The notes under the pieces: generated by a model
Seen by the model: only the letters and a program-made list of their open reading frames with translations
What the model was told of the DNA's origin: nothing
The model's database searches: none
DNA from: Xanthobacteraceae bacterium
Lineage (GTDB): Bacteria; Pseudomonadota; Alphaproteobacteria; Rhizobiales; Xanthobacteraceae
NCBI GenBank assembly: GCA_040901465.1
Contig: JBBDYN010000026.1
Location: forward strand, 44,380 to 108,379
DNA length: 64,000 nt
Direction of reading: 5' to 3'
In this document: positions 9,941 to 19,552 of the stretch, piece by piece
Position numbering within the stretch: position 1 is the first letter of the stretch
Layout: each line of letters starts with the position of its first letter
Position numbers and translations under genes: made by a program

Positions 9941-10717
9941 TCAGGCCGGAACTTTCAAGAACAAGCGGAAGAAATTCGCGGTCGTGATCGCCGCCATTGC
10001 GCCCGGCGTAACGCCTCGCGTCTCCGCCAACACGCGGGCCGTTTCCGCAACATAGGCCGGCTCATTGCGTTTGCCGCGCCATGGACCGGGCGCGAGATAG
10101 GGCGCGTCGGTTTCGACGAGAATTCGGTCCTCGGGGAGACTTGCGGCAGTCTGGCGCAGCGCGTGGCTGTTCTTGAACGTGAGAATTCCGGAGAAGGACA
10201 CGTAGCCGCCGAGCGCGACGCCGCGCCGGGCGAGGTCGGTCCCGCCGGTGAAGCAGTGGAGCACGAACGGGAAGGCCCCCTTCCCGCTTTCGTCCTCGAG
10301 GATGCGTGCGATGTCATCGTCGGCGTCGCGCGCGTGGATCACGAGCGGCAGCCCGGTCGCACGCGCGGCGGAGATGTGCGTGCGGAAGCCTCTCTCCTGC
10401 GCGTCGCGGGGGCTGTTGTCATAGTGATAGTCGAGCCCCGCCTCGCCGATCGCGACGACCTTCTCGCCGGCGGAAATCTTCACGAGGTTAGCGACCGTTA
10501 CGTCTGGTTCTTCGGCGGCGTGGTGCGGATGCGTGCCGACCGAGCAATAGACCTCGTCGTAGCGGTCGGCGATGGCACGGACCTGCGGAAACTGCTTCAC
10601 GCGCGTGCCGATCGTCACCAGGCGCCCAATCCCCGCCTTGCGAGCACGTTCGACGACTGCATCGAGCTCGGTAGCAAATGCGGGAAAATCCAGGTGGCAG
10701 TGACTGTCGACCAGCAT
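9941..10717 (-). CDS. tatD: TatD-family metal-dependent DNase/hydrolase
   Basis: 258 aa. It begins MLVDSHCHLDF and contains GEAGLDY, VIHARDA and ETDAPYLAP. Confidence 0.9.
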   Translation of the reverse strand: MLVDSHCHLDFPAFATELDAVVERARKAGIGRLVTIGTRVKQFPQVRAIADRYDEVYCSVGTHPHHAAEEPDVTVANLVKISAGEKVVAIGEAGLDYHYDNSPRDAQERGFRTHISAARATGLPLVIHARDADDDIARILEDESGKGAFPFVLHCFTGGTDLARRGVALGGYVSFSGILTFKNSHALRQTAASLPEDRILVETDAPYLAPGPWRGKRNEPAYVAETARVLAETRGVTPGAMAAITTANFFRLFLKVPA

Positions 10718-10723
10718 GGGCCG

Positions 10724-11635
10724 TCAACCGTGCGCATGCTTGCGCGGGGAATTGTCGGCGCAGTCGACGAGTTCAATTTCGACGGTCGTATGGGTGACGC
10801 CGAAACGCTCGCGGAGGCGTGCTTTGATCGCGTGGACCGCGGCGTCGGCGTTGCCGTCGGTGCAAAGCCTTGCGTGCAGCGTGACCATGGGCCGTTCCTG
10901 CGTGATGGACCAGGCGTGGACGTGATGCACGTCGTCGATCTCGGTGACGTTCGCCTTGAGATCGGCTTCGATTTCCGCCGGCGTGATGCCGACCGGCGTA
11001 CCTTCGATCAGAATATGTCCGGAATCGCGCACGACCTTCCAGGCGCTGTGCAGGATCAGGGCAGCGACGAGAAGCGAAATGAGCGGATCCGCTGCGAGCC
11101 AGCCAGTCCAGATGATGATCCCTGCAGCCACGATCGCGCCGATCGAGCCGAGAAGATCGCCGAGCACGTGGACCGTGGCGGCGCGCACGTTCAGGTTCCC
11201 GCGCTCCGCGCCATGCAGGATGGCGAACACGGTGACGTTCACGATCAGTCCGGCAACGGCGACGACGAGCATGGTCCCGCCGAGCACCTGCACCGGCTCG
11301 CTCAGACGGTGGATCGCCTCGTAGAGAATGAATCCGGCGATCACGAACAGCGACAGGCCGCTCGAATAGGCCACCAGCACCTGCAAGCGATCGAAGCCGT
11401 AGGTGCGTTGCCAGTCGGCAGGCCAGCGCGAAAAGCGGAAGGCGAGCCAAGCGAGCGTGAGCGCCGCGAAATCCGCGAGCATGTGAGCCGCGTCGGCCAA
11501 GAGCGCGAGCGAGCCGGAAATGATCCCGCCGACCACCTCGGCAATCAGAAAAACGCCGGTCAGGATAGCGGCAACCAGCATTCGCCATTCGTTGGCGTGA
11601 CCGTGGCGGTATCCGTGGTCGTGCGCGTGTGCCAT
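10724..11635 (-). CDS. Cation diffusion facilitator (CDF) metal efflux transporter
   Basis: 303 aa. It has a His-rich N-terminus (MAHAHDHGYRHGH), six TM segments with the CDF signatures SLALLADAAHMLAD and HVLGDLLGS, and a C-terminal cytoplasmic domain. Confidence 0.9.
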   Translation of the reverse strand: MAHAHDHGYRHGHANEWRMLVAAILTGVFLIAEVVGGIISGSLALLADAAHMLADFAALTLAWLAFRFSRWPADWQRTYGFDRLQVLVAYSSGLSLFVIAGFILYEAIHRLSEPVQVLGGTMLVVAVAGLIVNVTVFAILHGAERGNLNVRAATVHVLGDLLGSIGAIVAAGIIIWTGWLAADPLISLLVAALILHSAWKVVRDSGHILIEGTPVGITPAEIEADLKANVTEIDDVHHVHAWSITQERPMVTLHARLCTDGNADAAVHAIKARLRERFGVTHTTVEIELVDCADNSPRKHAHG

Positions 11636-11649
11636 TCAGGTCTCGACGC

Positions 11650-13365
11650 TCAGCTCGCGGCGTCGTCTTCCTTTTCCACGAAGCGCGGGAAGACGGGCGC
11701 GGGCGCGGGCAACGGCGTTCCGGGCTTGGTCCGGCCGCCCTTGCCCAAGGCCTTGAAGTCGCGCCCGCCGGCCGGAATTGCAAGGAGGTCGAGGAGCTTC
11801 TCGGCCCCGGCCGGCACAAAAGGCTGCGCCAGGATCGCGACCTGACGCACGACTTCCGCCGTGACCCATAAGACCGTCGCCATGCGCACAGGATCGGTCC
11901 TGCGCAGTTCCCAGGGCGCCGCCGCCGCGAAATAGCGGTTCGTTTCGGCCACCACGAGCCAGACCGCATTCAGCACGAGATGCAGCTGCTGCGTCTTCAT
12001 TGCTTCGCGCGCCTGGCCGATCATGGCGTCGGCGGCGGCCAGAATCGCGTCGTCGGCCGGCGAGAACTTGCCGGGCTCCGGCACTTTGGCGTCGCAGTTC
12101 TTCGCGATCATCGTGAGCGAGCGCTGCGCGAGATTGCCGAGATCGTTCGCGAGATCGGCATTCGTGCGGTTGACGATCGCGTCATGGCTGTAATTGCCGT
12201 CCTGGCCGAATGGCACTTCGCGCATAAAGAAGTAGCGTAACGCGTCCACGCCATAGGCGTCGGCGAGCGAGAACGGATCGACCACGTTGCCGACGGACTT
12301 CGACATCTTCTCACCGCGATTGAAGAGAAAGCCGTGGCCGTGGATGCGCTTGGGCGGCGCGATTCCCGCCGACATCAGGAACGCCGGCCAATAGACCGCG
12401 TGAAAGCGCACAATGTCCTTCCCTATCACGTGCAGGTCTGCGGGCCATAAGCGAAACTTTTCCGACTTCACGTCGGGATAGCCGACACCGGTCAGGTAAT
12501 TCGTCAGCGCTTCGACCCAAACGTACATGACGTGTCCGGGCGCGTCGGGCACCGGCACGCCCCATGTCAGCGTCGTGCGCGAGATGGAAAGATCCTGCAG
12601 CCCCGCCTTCACGAAGCTCGCGACCTCGTTGCGGCGCGTCTCCGGCAAGATGAAATCCGGGTGCGCGTCGTAGAATGCGAGCAGCCTGTCGCCATACGCC
12701 GACAGCTTGAAGAAAAAAGTCTTCTCCTCGGTCCATTCGACCGGCGTGCCCTGCGGGCCGACGCGAATGCCGTCCGGGTTCACTACCGTCTCGCTCTCGC
12801 CGTAGAACGCCTCGTCGCGGACCGAGTACCAGCCTAAGTAGGTGCCGAGATAAATGTCGCCGGCCGCCTGCATCTTGCGCCAGATCGCCTGGCTCGCCTG
12901 GTAGTGCGCGGGCTCGGTGGTGCGGATGAAGCGGTCGTAGGAGATGTTCAACCGATCGCACATCTCGCGGAAGCGTGGACTGTTGCGGTCGCACAGCTCG
13001 CGCGGCGTGATCCCCTCCTTCGCCGCGGTCTGGCTCATCTTGAGGCCGTGCTCGTCGACGCCGGTCATGAAGAAGACGTCGTGGCCGTCGAGGCGCTGGA
13101 AGCGCGCGATCGCGTCCGACGCGATCGCCTCGTAGGCGTGGCCGATATGCGGCGCGCCGTTCGGATAGGAAATTGCCGTAGTCAAGTAGAAGCGCTGCTT
13201 GCGGCGGCCTGCAGGCTCGCTAGCCTTGTTCTTCTTCTCCTCAGCAGCCTTCTTCGCTGCGCTCGACTGACCGCGTCTCGTCGATACGTGCGTCCTCTGG
13301 CCGCGAGCCTTCTTCACGCGCTTTTTCTTGGCGCGTGAATTAATTGTGCGTGACTTGGCCGCCAT
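11650..13365 (-). CDS. metG: Methionyl-tRNA synthetase with a basic N-terminal extension
   Basis: It has the class I HIGH motif (PHIGHAYE) and KMSKS (EKMSKSVGN). No in-frame ATG, GTG or TTG lies between the annotated ATG and the catalytic core, so the Lys/Arg-rich leader appears to be translated. Confidence 0.9.
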   Translation of the reverse strand: MAAKSRTINSRAKKKRVKKARGQRTHVSTRRGQSSAAKKAAEEKKNKASEPAGRRKQRFYLTTAISYPNGAPHIGHAYEAIASDAIARFQRLDGHDVFFMTGVDEHGLKMSQTAAKEGITPRELCDRNSPRFREMCDRLNISYDRFIRTTEPAHYQASQAIWRKMQAAGDIYLGTYLGWYSVRDEAFYGESETVVNPDGIRVGPQGTPVEWTEEKTFFFKLSAYGDRLLAFYDAHPDFILPETRRNEVASFVKAGLQDLSISRTTLTWGVPVPDAPGHVMYVWVEALTNYLTGVGYPDVKSEKFRLWPADLHVIGKDIVRFHAVYWPAFLMSAGIAPPKRIHGHGFLFNRGEKMSKSVGNVVDPFSLADAYGVDALRYFFMREVPFGQDGNYSHDAIVNRTNADLANDLGNLAQRSLTMIAKNCDAKVPEPGKFSPADDAILAAADAMIGQAREAMKTQQLHLVLNAVWLVVAETNRYFAAAAPWELRRTDPVRMATVLWVTAEVVRQVAILAQPFVPAGAEKLLDLLAIPAGGRDFKALGKGGRTKPGTPLPAPAPVFPRFVEKEDDAAS

Positions 13366-13394
13366 GAAGCAAGACTCCGGACCGGCGACCCGCT

Positions 13395-14441
13395 TTAGCG
13401 GCGGGTCGCTTCGGCGAGCATGGAAAAGACTTGGAACACCAGCGGCTTACGGTCGAGGTTGAAGATCTCGGCCTCCACCGCGGCGCGGCGCACCTTTTCC
13501 CATGCCTCCGCCAGCCGCGCAAGGCGGGCGCGCGGCGCGGTCGTCTCGGTCGCAGCGGCGGCGAGCCAGTCGCCGACCGTCTCCGCGAAGATGGTCAATT
13601 CTTCGTTGCGGCGGATGCGGTCGCCGAGCGTGTGCAGCGCCTGGCCGTCGAGCGCGGGCAGTCGAGCGAGCATGCTCGCGGTCAGATCGCGCACTTCCAG
13701 GCTTTCGCCGATCAAGAGCTCCAGCGCGTGGCGGACGCTGCCACCGCTCGCCGCTGCGGCGTCCTTAATTTGCTCGCGCGGGAATTCGTTGTCTTCTATG
13801 GCGACATCCTCCACGGCTCTCACGACATCGGTGGTCGACAATGGCCGCAGCAGCAGACGGCGGCAGCGCGAGCGGATCGTGGAGAGCAGACGGCCGGGGG
13901 CGTGCGAGATAATCAGCAACAAGGAGAGCGGAGGCGGCTCCTCCAGCACCTTGAGCAGCGCATTGGCGCCGGATTTGTTCAGTTCTTCGGCCGAATCGAC
14001 AATGCAGACACGATAGCCGCCGTAAGCGGAGGTCGAGCCGAAAAAGGAAACCGTCCTGCGCACGTCGTCAACGCGGATTTCGGTGCGAAGCTTGCCGGTA
14101 TCCTCGTTCAGTTTTCGCCGCAGCACCAGGAGATCGGGATGCGATTGGGCGCCTACCTGCCGGCTCACCGCATGGTCGTGTGAAATGGCGAGACCGTCCG
14201 GCGCCTTGGTTCTCGCGCCGCCCGGCTGCGCATTGGCGAGCACAAAACGCGCAATGCGATAGGTAAGCGTGGCCTTGCCGATCCCCTCGGGTCCACCGAT
14301 CAGCAACGCGTGCGGCAGGCGTCCCTGCGACCACGCCGAGAGAACGGCGGATTCCGCCTCTGCATGTCCGTACAAATTACGGGTGTTGCGCGGATGCGGA
14401 GCGCCGGCGAGGCGGTCGGCCTCCTCGGGGCCGTCGCTCAC
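13395..14441 (-). CDS. holB: DNA polymerase III delta-prime subunit
   Basis: It has the clamp-loader AAA+ fold ([43 protein letters not shown]). The start is taken as GTG at 14441 in a GTGA overlap with the tmk stop. The longer 585-aa ORF upstream is a frame shadow over tmk. Confidence 0.8.
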   Translation of the reverse strand: MSDGPEEADRLAGAPHPRNTRNLYGHAEAESAVLSAWSQGRLPHALLIGGPEGIGKATLTYRIARFVLANAQPGGARTKAPDGLAISHDHAVSRQVGAQSHPDLLVLRRKLNEDTGKLRTEIRVDDVRRTVSFFGSTSAYGGYRVCIVDSAEELNKSGANALLKVLEEPPPLSLLLIISHAPGRLLSTIRSRCRRLLLRPLSTTDVVRAVEDVAIEDNEFPREQIKDAAAASGGSVRHALELLIGESLEVRDLTASMLARLPALDGQALHTLGDRIRRNEELTIFAETVGDWLAAAATETTAPRARLARLAEAWEKVRRAAVEAEIFNLDRKPLVFQVFSMLAEATRR

Positions 14442-15109
14442 GCCCGAACCCCCGGAGCGGCAGCGGGTGCGGGCTGGCGCAAGAAACGCTCCGAGATGAG
14501 CATCCAAATGCGCACGGCGATCGAGTCCGCGCTCGGCGTCCCGTCGATCAGGACGCAGCGATCCGGCTCCTGCTCGGCAAGCTCGCGATAGGCCTCGCGC
14601 AGCAACCGATGATACTCGACGTGCTCGGCCTCGAAGCGGTCGGCGCCCTCGCCGCGGCCGTAGGCGCGGGAGAGGCCCGTCTCCGGCGCCACGTCGAGGA
14701 TGAGCGTGAGATCGGGCACGGTATCCGCCACGACGAGGCGCTCGAGCGCGCGGATGAGCCGCTGGTCGACGTTGCCGAGCGCTCCCTGGTAGACGCGTGT
14801 GGAGTCGATGAAGCGGTCGCAGATGACCCAGGCGCCGCGGTCGAGCGCGGGGCGGATCAACGTGGTCACATGGTCGTCGCGGGCAGCAGCGAACATAAAA
14901 GTTTCCGCCTCCGGCCCAAGAGGCTTGGCAATTCCGCTGAGCAGAAGGTGGCGGATCGCTTCGGCGCCGGGAGAGCCGCCCGGCTCGCGCGTCGATACCA
15001 CTTCGTGGCCGCGCAGTTTCAGTCGGTCGGCAAGGCGCTTGGCCTGGGTGGACTTGCCGGAGCCCTCCCCGCCTTCGAACGTGATGAAATGACCCCGCTG
15101 ACGCGCCAT
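14438..15109 (-). CDS. tmk: Thymidylate kinase
   Basis: 223 aa with the P-loop FITFEGGEGSGKSTQ, plus TREPGG and the DRF motif (CDRFIDST). Confidence 0.95.
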   Translation of the reverse strand: MARQRGHFITFEGGEGSGKSTQAKRLADRLKLRGHEVVSTREPGGSPGAEAIRHLLLSGIAKPLGPEAETFMFAAARDDHVTTLIRPALDRGAWVICDRFIDSTRVYQGALGNVDQRLIRALERLVVADTVPDLTLILDVAPETGLSRAYGRGEGADRFEAEHVEYHRLLREAYRELAEQEPDRCVLIDGTPSADSIAVRIWMLISERFLRQPAPAAAPGVRA

Positions 15110-15112
15110 CGT

Positions 15113-16342
15113 CTATTTCTTCAAGACCGAATTGATGCCGGTGCGGAGCCACCCGACGGCAAGCTCGCCGCCGCTGTCAAGGGCACGCCGGACGAGCGAG
15201 CCTCTGCCTACGTCCGCAGCCGCGAAAAGTGGGACGTCAAGGGCGATGTTGTCCCCACGATGCACCTTCAGGCGTGCGACCTCGTCGCCCTTGGCAACCG
15301 GTGCGCGCAATGGTCCCGTGTAGTGCACGCGGGCGACGAACTTGTCGCCGCCGCTGCGCGGCGTGAGCAGGCGGATCGCGCCCTTGCCCACGAGCGGCAC
15401 GTAGCGCTGCTCGCCGCCGAACATGCGCGCCTCGGCCACCACGGTGCCCGCGCGAAACAGCAAGCGCGATTCGAAACTACGGAAGGCCCATTCGAGCAAA
15501 CGCTTCGCTTCGTTCGCGCGCTCCTTCGCGGTCTCTACGCCATTCACCACCACGATCAGGCGTTGGCCGTCCTGCACGGCTGAACCTGCGAGGCCGTAAC
15601 CCGACTCCTTGATAAAGCCGGTCTTCAACCCGTCGGCCCCGATGTTCATCTGGAGCAGCGGATTGCGGTTCGTTTGCCGGATCTTGTTCCAGGTGAATTC
15701 GGTCTGGCCGTAGTAGCGATAAAATTCCGGATAGGTGCGGATGAGATGTGCTGCCAGCTTCGCCAGGTCCCGCACGGAGATTACCTGCTCGCGATCGTGC
15801 AGACCCGTCGAATTGCGAAAGTTCGCGCTGTCGAGGCCGAGTTCGCGCGCGCGCGCGTTCATCAGGCGGGCGAACAAATCTTCGTTGCCGGCGATTGCTT
15901 CCGCGAAGGCGATGCACGCGTCGTTGCCGGACTGGACGATCGCGCCCTGGATCAGATTGACGACAGAAATCCTGCTGTGGATCGCCGCGAACATCGTGGA
16001 GCCGCCGGCCGGCGCGCCGCCTCTGCGCCAAGCGTTCTCGCTGATCAGGAGTTCTCCTTCGAGCTTGAGGCCACCGCTCTTGATCTCATTGAAGACGATC
16101 TCCATCGTCATGAGCTTGGCCATGCTCGCGGGCGGCCAAGGCGTGTCGGCACTCTTCTCATAGAGGACGGTGCCGCTCTCGTAATCGGCGACGATCGCGT
16201 GGGGCGCGTTGACGGTGAAACTGGGCGCGAATTGTGCGTGCGCCACTTGCGCGAGCGGCAGCATGGCCAGGGCGAACGCCGCGAGGCTTATGACGGTTCG
16301 TCGGCGGCAGCTTCCGGCGCACTTGCGGACGAAGTCGATCAT
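15113..16342 (-). CDS. D-alanyl-D-alanine carboxypeptidase (PBP5/6 class)
   Basis: It has a signal peptide (...LPLAQVAHA), the SxxK motif (PASMAKLMT), SGN (QSGND), KTG (GLKTGF) and a C-terminal PBP5 beta domain. Confidence 0.9.
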   Translation of the reverse strand: MIDFVRKCAGSCRRRTVISLAAFALAMLPLAQVAHAQFAPSFTVNAPHAIVADYESGTVLYEKSADTPWPPASMAKLMTMEIVFNEIKSGGLKLEGELLISENAWRRGGAPAGGSTMFAAIHSRISVVNLIQGAIVQSGNDACIAFAEAIAGNEDLFARLMNARARELGLDSANFRNSTGLHDREQVISVRDLAKLAAHLIRTYPEFYRYYGQTEFTWNKIRQTNRNPLLQMNIGADGLKTGFIKESGYGLAGSAVQDGQRLIVVVNGVETAKERANEAKRLLEWAFRSFESRLLFRAGTVVAEARMFGGEQRYVPLVGKGAIRLLTPRSGGDKFVARVHYTGPLRAPVAKGDEVARLKVHRGDNIALDVPLFAAADVGRGSLVRRALDSGGELAVGWLRTGINSVLKK

Positions 16343-16439
16343 CGCCCGTATTCCCTGTTCCGCGCCCCCGCCCCTCCTAACAAGCCGGTCGGAGGCCGAT
16401 CAATGGGGCGAGGCGCGTCCGAACACTCCTCGCCGAAAA

Positions 16440-17387
16440 TCAGTAGAGGCCGCGGCCGGTGACGAGCGCGGACGCTTGGCCCGCGACGGGAACGAGCGGC
16501 AGCCGCGCAGTCTGGACCGCGTCGATGAAACCGGCGCGCGGCTCGGCCGGCGCTGCATTCGCGACCCGGGACGGGCGCAGGTCGTTGGTAGCGACGGTGG
16601 CCGGATAGCGGCCGAGTTCAAACGGCCGGTCGGGCGGGCTCGGTATCGTGGCCGCGCGGCCGGACGGCAACGGGTCGGCGGCCACCGGCACGAACGGTCC
16701 GCCGGCCGATGCAACCAGCACCGCCGACGGCGCCGGGGCCGGACGGCCGTCATGGCGCAGCGTCGCCACCAGCTTGCGGTCATCGGAGCCTTCGAGCGCC
16801 GCCTTGCCAACGTATTCGACGCGCACGCGCGCAAGTCCGCTCTTGTGGAAGCCGAGGAGTTCGGCCGTGCGGTAGGAAAGATCGATCACGCGGTCGCCCT
16901 TGAACGGCCCGCGGTCATTCACGCGCACGATGATGGAACGGCGGTTCGCGAGATTGGTGACGCGCGCGTAGCTTGGAATCGGCAAGGTGGGATGTGCGGC
17001 GCTGATCGATTCCTTGTCGAAGATTTCGCCGTTCGCGGTCATGCGGCCGTGGAAGTCGCTGCCGTACCAGGACGCGAGTCCTTCGGCGCGGTAATTCGGA
17101 TCGTCCTCGGGGACGTAAGTGCGACCGCCGATCACGTAAGGCTCACCGACGCGATAATAGCCGCCGCCCTTCGGTACCGGTTGGCCTTCCTCAACCAGGC
17201 GCGGGCTCGCCGGAACGCCGTACTTGGGGTCGACCATGCGCGCGAACGGGCCGACGGTGCAGTTCGCAACGACGAGGCATGCGAGCGCGGCGAGCGCTGG
17301 TTTGGCGAACCTGAAATGCGCTGGAGCCGGCACGGCCGAATCCGCAGCCCGCACCCGATCGAACATTTGACTGCGAAGACGCCCCAT
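16440..17387 (-). CDS. rlpA: Septal-ring lytic transglycosylase RlpA-family lipoprotein
   Basis: It has a DPBB domain (ASWYGSDFHGRMTANGEIFD...AAHPTLPIPSYARVTNL...VRVNDRGPF) and a lipobox-like LVVANC. The start is uncertain: 17387, 17366 or the ORF-track 17495. Confidence 0.8.
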   Translation of the reverse strand: MGRLRSQMFDRVRAADSAVPAPAHFRFAKPALAALACLVVANCTVGPFARMVDPKYGVPASPRLVEEGQPVPKGGGYYRVGEPYVIGGRTYVPEDDPNYRAEGLASWYGSDFHGRMTANGEIFDKESISAAHPTLPIPSYARVTNLANRRSIIVRVNDRGPFKGDRVIDLSYRTAELLGFHKSGLARVRVEYVGKAALEGSDDRKLVATLRHDGRPAPAPSAVLVASAGGPFVPVAADPLPSGRAATIPSPPDRPFELGRYPATVATNDLRPSRVANAAPAEPRAGFIDAVQTARLPLVPVAGQASALVTGRGLY

Positions 17388-17564
17388 TCCGTCCCGGCCG
17401 CCCGAACTGTTCCGGGCGTTGCGCCCGAAATCCCCTGTTCGAATGTAGCAGAACGCCCGGGGACTGGGGCGAAAGTAGGACCCCGGCGCGGACATGGTTA
17501 ATCAAATGGCTGGCGCCCATGGCTCTGCTTGCAATCGGGGGCCCAATTCCGCATTCCTCGGGGC

Positions 17565-17654
17565 GGAGGGATGGCCGAGTGGTTTAAGGCAGCGGTCTTG
17601 AAAACCGCCAGAGGGGCAACTCTCTCGTGGGTTCGAATCCCACTCCCTCCGCCA
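17565..17654 (+). tRNA. tRNA-Ser (anticodon UGA)
   Basis: 90 nt. The acceptor stem GGAGGGA pairs with TCCCTCC, the anticodon loop is CT-TGA-AA, a long variable arm is present, the T-loop is GGTTCGAATCC, and the 3' CCA is encoded. Confidence 0.95.
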
Positions 17655-17788
17655 GTCAAGTTGAAAATAAAGAATAATTTCGCCGCGCTTCGACCCATGC
17701 GCTATTACCCGAACGCGGGATAGCAACCCTGGCCGGGTGTTTGCGAGACCTGAAGCGTCAGGGGCGACCGCGTCACCAGAGGCGAGTG

Positions 17789-18238
17789 ATGACGGAGCAA
17801 CTGAGCGAGGTGGCTCTACATATGAAGCGCGTCTTACCCGCGGCTCCCTCGGTTGTATTCAGGGCGTGCACTGACCCGGAGGAACTGGCGAAGTGGTGGG
17901 GGCCTCGGGGCTTCACCACTCCGAGCATTGAGATCGACCTCCGCGTCGGCGGCCGGTATCGCTTCGCGATGCAGCCCCCGGACGGGGTCCTCTTCCACCT
18001 CACGGGAGAATTCCGCGAGGTCGATCCTCCTTCCCGCCTCGCCTACACGTTCGTGTGGGAGCCCCCGGACCCGGATGACCAGGAGACGGTCGTCATGCTG
18101 TCATTTCGCGACGCGGATGGATCGACCGAGGTGGATTTCACGCAAGGTGCGTTTGCCACCGAGGCACGGCGGGCGGTTCACGAGCAAGGGTGGACAGACA
18201 GTTTTGAGCGACTGCGTGAAGTGGTGTCGGCGCTTTGA
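17789..18238 (+). CDS. SRPBCC / AHSA1-family protein
   Basis: It matches the typical Aha1-like bacterial pattern: VFRACTDPEELAKWWGPRGF...DLRVGGRYRF...GEFREVDPPSRLAYTFVWE. The start is ATG 17789, with 17822 as an alternative. The ORF track starts at 17741. Confidence 0.8.
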   Translation: MTEQLSEVALHMKRVLPAAPSVVFRACTDPEELAKWWGPRGFTTPSIEIDLRVGGRYRFAMQPPDGVLFHLTGEFREVDPPSRLAYTFVWEPPDPDDQETVVMLSFRDADGSTEVDFTQGAFATEARRAVHEQGWTDSFERLREVVSAL

Positions 18239-18369
18239 ACATAGCGCAAAACGTCCGACCCAGTCCGCCATCAATTCCGTCAGATCGCCTATCCTACCCA
18301 CAAACGATCGCCGAAAAGGAGAACCCTCGCCGCGCGGCCGGGGCTTCTTTCGCACGATAGGCGCGAAGT

Positions 18370-18807
18370 TCAGTTGTCGGCGGGGCTGACGCGCGCGACT
18401 TCGTAGGCGCGTTCATCTTTGATCCGTTTGGCCGGCTTTCGTTGCGCCCGTTGCATCAGGCGCTTCGCCTCGTCGTGCCGGCGCTTGCCGGCAAGATCGT
18501 CAAGTGTCGGTGCAAGCCGGACCGCCGCGGCGTTCTTCTGCCATCGGGCCCATCGGGCCAGTACTACCGACGCCGCTTCGGGGTAGAGGATATCGAGCGG
18601 ATTCGTAGCCTCGAGCGTCTGCCAAAACACGGCAGCCAGTTCACTGCCGCCGATCGTGGTCAACGTCCGCGCTTCGTCTTGGGCAATGCGGCCGAGAATC
18701 TCAAGATAACGCGAAGGGCGGCGCATCGCCGCGTCGTTCACCTTTCTCCGTAAGCGCACCCACGCGCAGCGAATCTGCAGCTCATCCGCCTGCTCGCGCG
18801 CCGTCAT
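18370..18807 (-). CDS. Hypothetical protein (145 aa, basic C-terminus)
   Basis: It is the longest non-shadow ORF here and no other gene lies on either strand. I recognise no motif. The upstream DNA is AT-rich and carries short repeats. Confidence 0.45.
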   Translation of the reverse strand: MTAREQADELQIRCAWVRLRRKVNDAAMRRPSRYLEILGRIAQDEARTLTTIGGSELAAVFWQTLEATNPLDILYPEAASVVLARWARWQKNAAAVRLAPTLDDLAGKRRHDEAKRLMQRAQRKPAKRIKDERAYEVARVSPADN

Positions 18808-19223
18808 GCCGCGCGCCCGGCAGTCTCGATCCCATGCTTCATGGCGCCGCTGGCCGCTTCATCCGCGCGATGAGTCTTTGGATGATGTGCATCATCGTCG
18901 CCTCCAACATCATCGCGAGTGCGTACCGAAGTATACCGCAGACTGGTGCGATACAGAAAACAAAAATTGTTGCGCGCAGAAAACAACAGCGCATCGCGCA
19001 GAAAAAATTTCAGTGTCACTACATCACCACGACCATCACCAATGTCGCGCACACCCGCACGTCGTCGCAAGTGCGCGACGCGACGAGCGCGAGGGCGGAT
19101 TCACCGCCTCGAAGGAACTCATCGCGGTGCGTGCCGCATTCTGGGCTGCACGTAACACGGTCGCTTCCCGATCCACTGTCAGACGATTCCATTCGTCATT
19201 GTTCATGGAGGCTCGGCGGCGGG

Positions 19224-19478
19224 GTGTATTCCGCCGTCCGCCTCGCGAAGCCGGATTCCTGTGAAGCATTGGGAGAACGGCAAACCCATGTGGGGTCGAC
19301 CGATTTGCGGCGGCGAATGCAAGGTCACAACGCTGGCAAGTCCACTCACAGGGCTAAATATTTGCCTTGGCGTTTAGTCACTTACATTGCTTTTTCGGAT
19401 TTAATGAAGGCCGAAGCATTTGAGCGGCATCTCAAGTCTGGCTCCGGTCACGCCTTGGCAAAGAAGCGGCTTTGGTAA
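19224..19478 (+). CDS. Small GIY-YIG nuclease-superfamily protein (stand-alone, about 84 aa)
   Basis: The C-terminal two thirds match the small alphaproteobacterial GIY-YIG family (HVGSTDLRRRMQGHNAGKS...PWRLVTYIAFSD...AFERHLKSGSGHALAKKRLW). The start is proposed at GTG 19224, with GGAGG at 19207-19211. The N-terminal GIY strand is atypical (VYSAV). Confidence 0.5.
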   Translation: MYSAVRLAKPDSCEALGERQTHVGSTDLRRRMQGHNAGKSTHRAKYLPWRLVTYIAFSDLMKAEAFERHLKSGSGHALAKKRLW

Positions 19479-19552
19479 TTTGACGCCGATTGCCGGCTTT
19501 GAAAAAAGAGGAGCGTCGTCGAACGCGCGGCGCCTGTACGGCGGTCGGCAGT

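Noticed and set aside
9875-11969. Long ORFs (656 aa on the plus strand, 398 aa on the minus strand in an alternative frame) overlapping tatD, the CDF gene and metG.
   Set aside because: They are shadow frames of well-supported genes in high-GC DNA. Their sequences are Arg/Gly/Asp-rich with no domain signatures.
13395-15152. A 585-aa ORF that appears to fuse holB with upstream sequence.
   Set aside because: The upstream 230 codons overlap tmk in another frame and are Arg/Pro-rich. A GTG at 14441 in a GTGA overlap with the tmk stop gives a normal-length delta-prime subunit.
16402-16430. A GGCGAGG...CCTCGCC hairpin between the carboxypeptidase start and the rlpA stop, considered as an rlpA terminator.
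   Set aside because: On the minus strand the T-run precedes the stem rather than following it, and the loop is 14 nt. I cannot support it as an intrinsic terminator.
18804-19269. Two small minus-strand ORFs (88 aa and 77 aa) upstream of the 145-aa hypothetical gene.
   Set aside because: They have no Shine-Dalgarno sequence in front of the candidate ATGs. Their tails are Arg-rich. They overlap the AT-rich, repeat-bearing DNA that looks regulatory. I cannot support them as genes.
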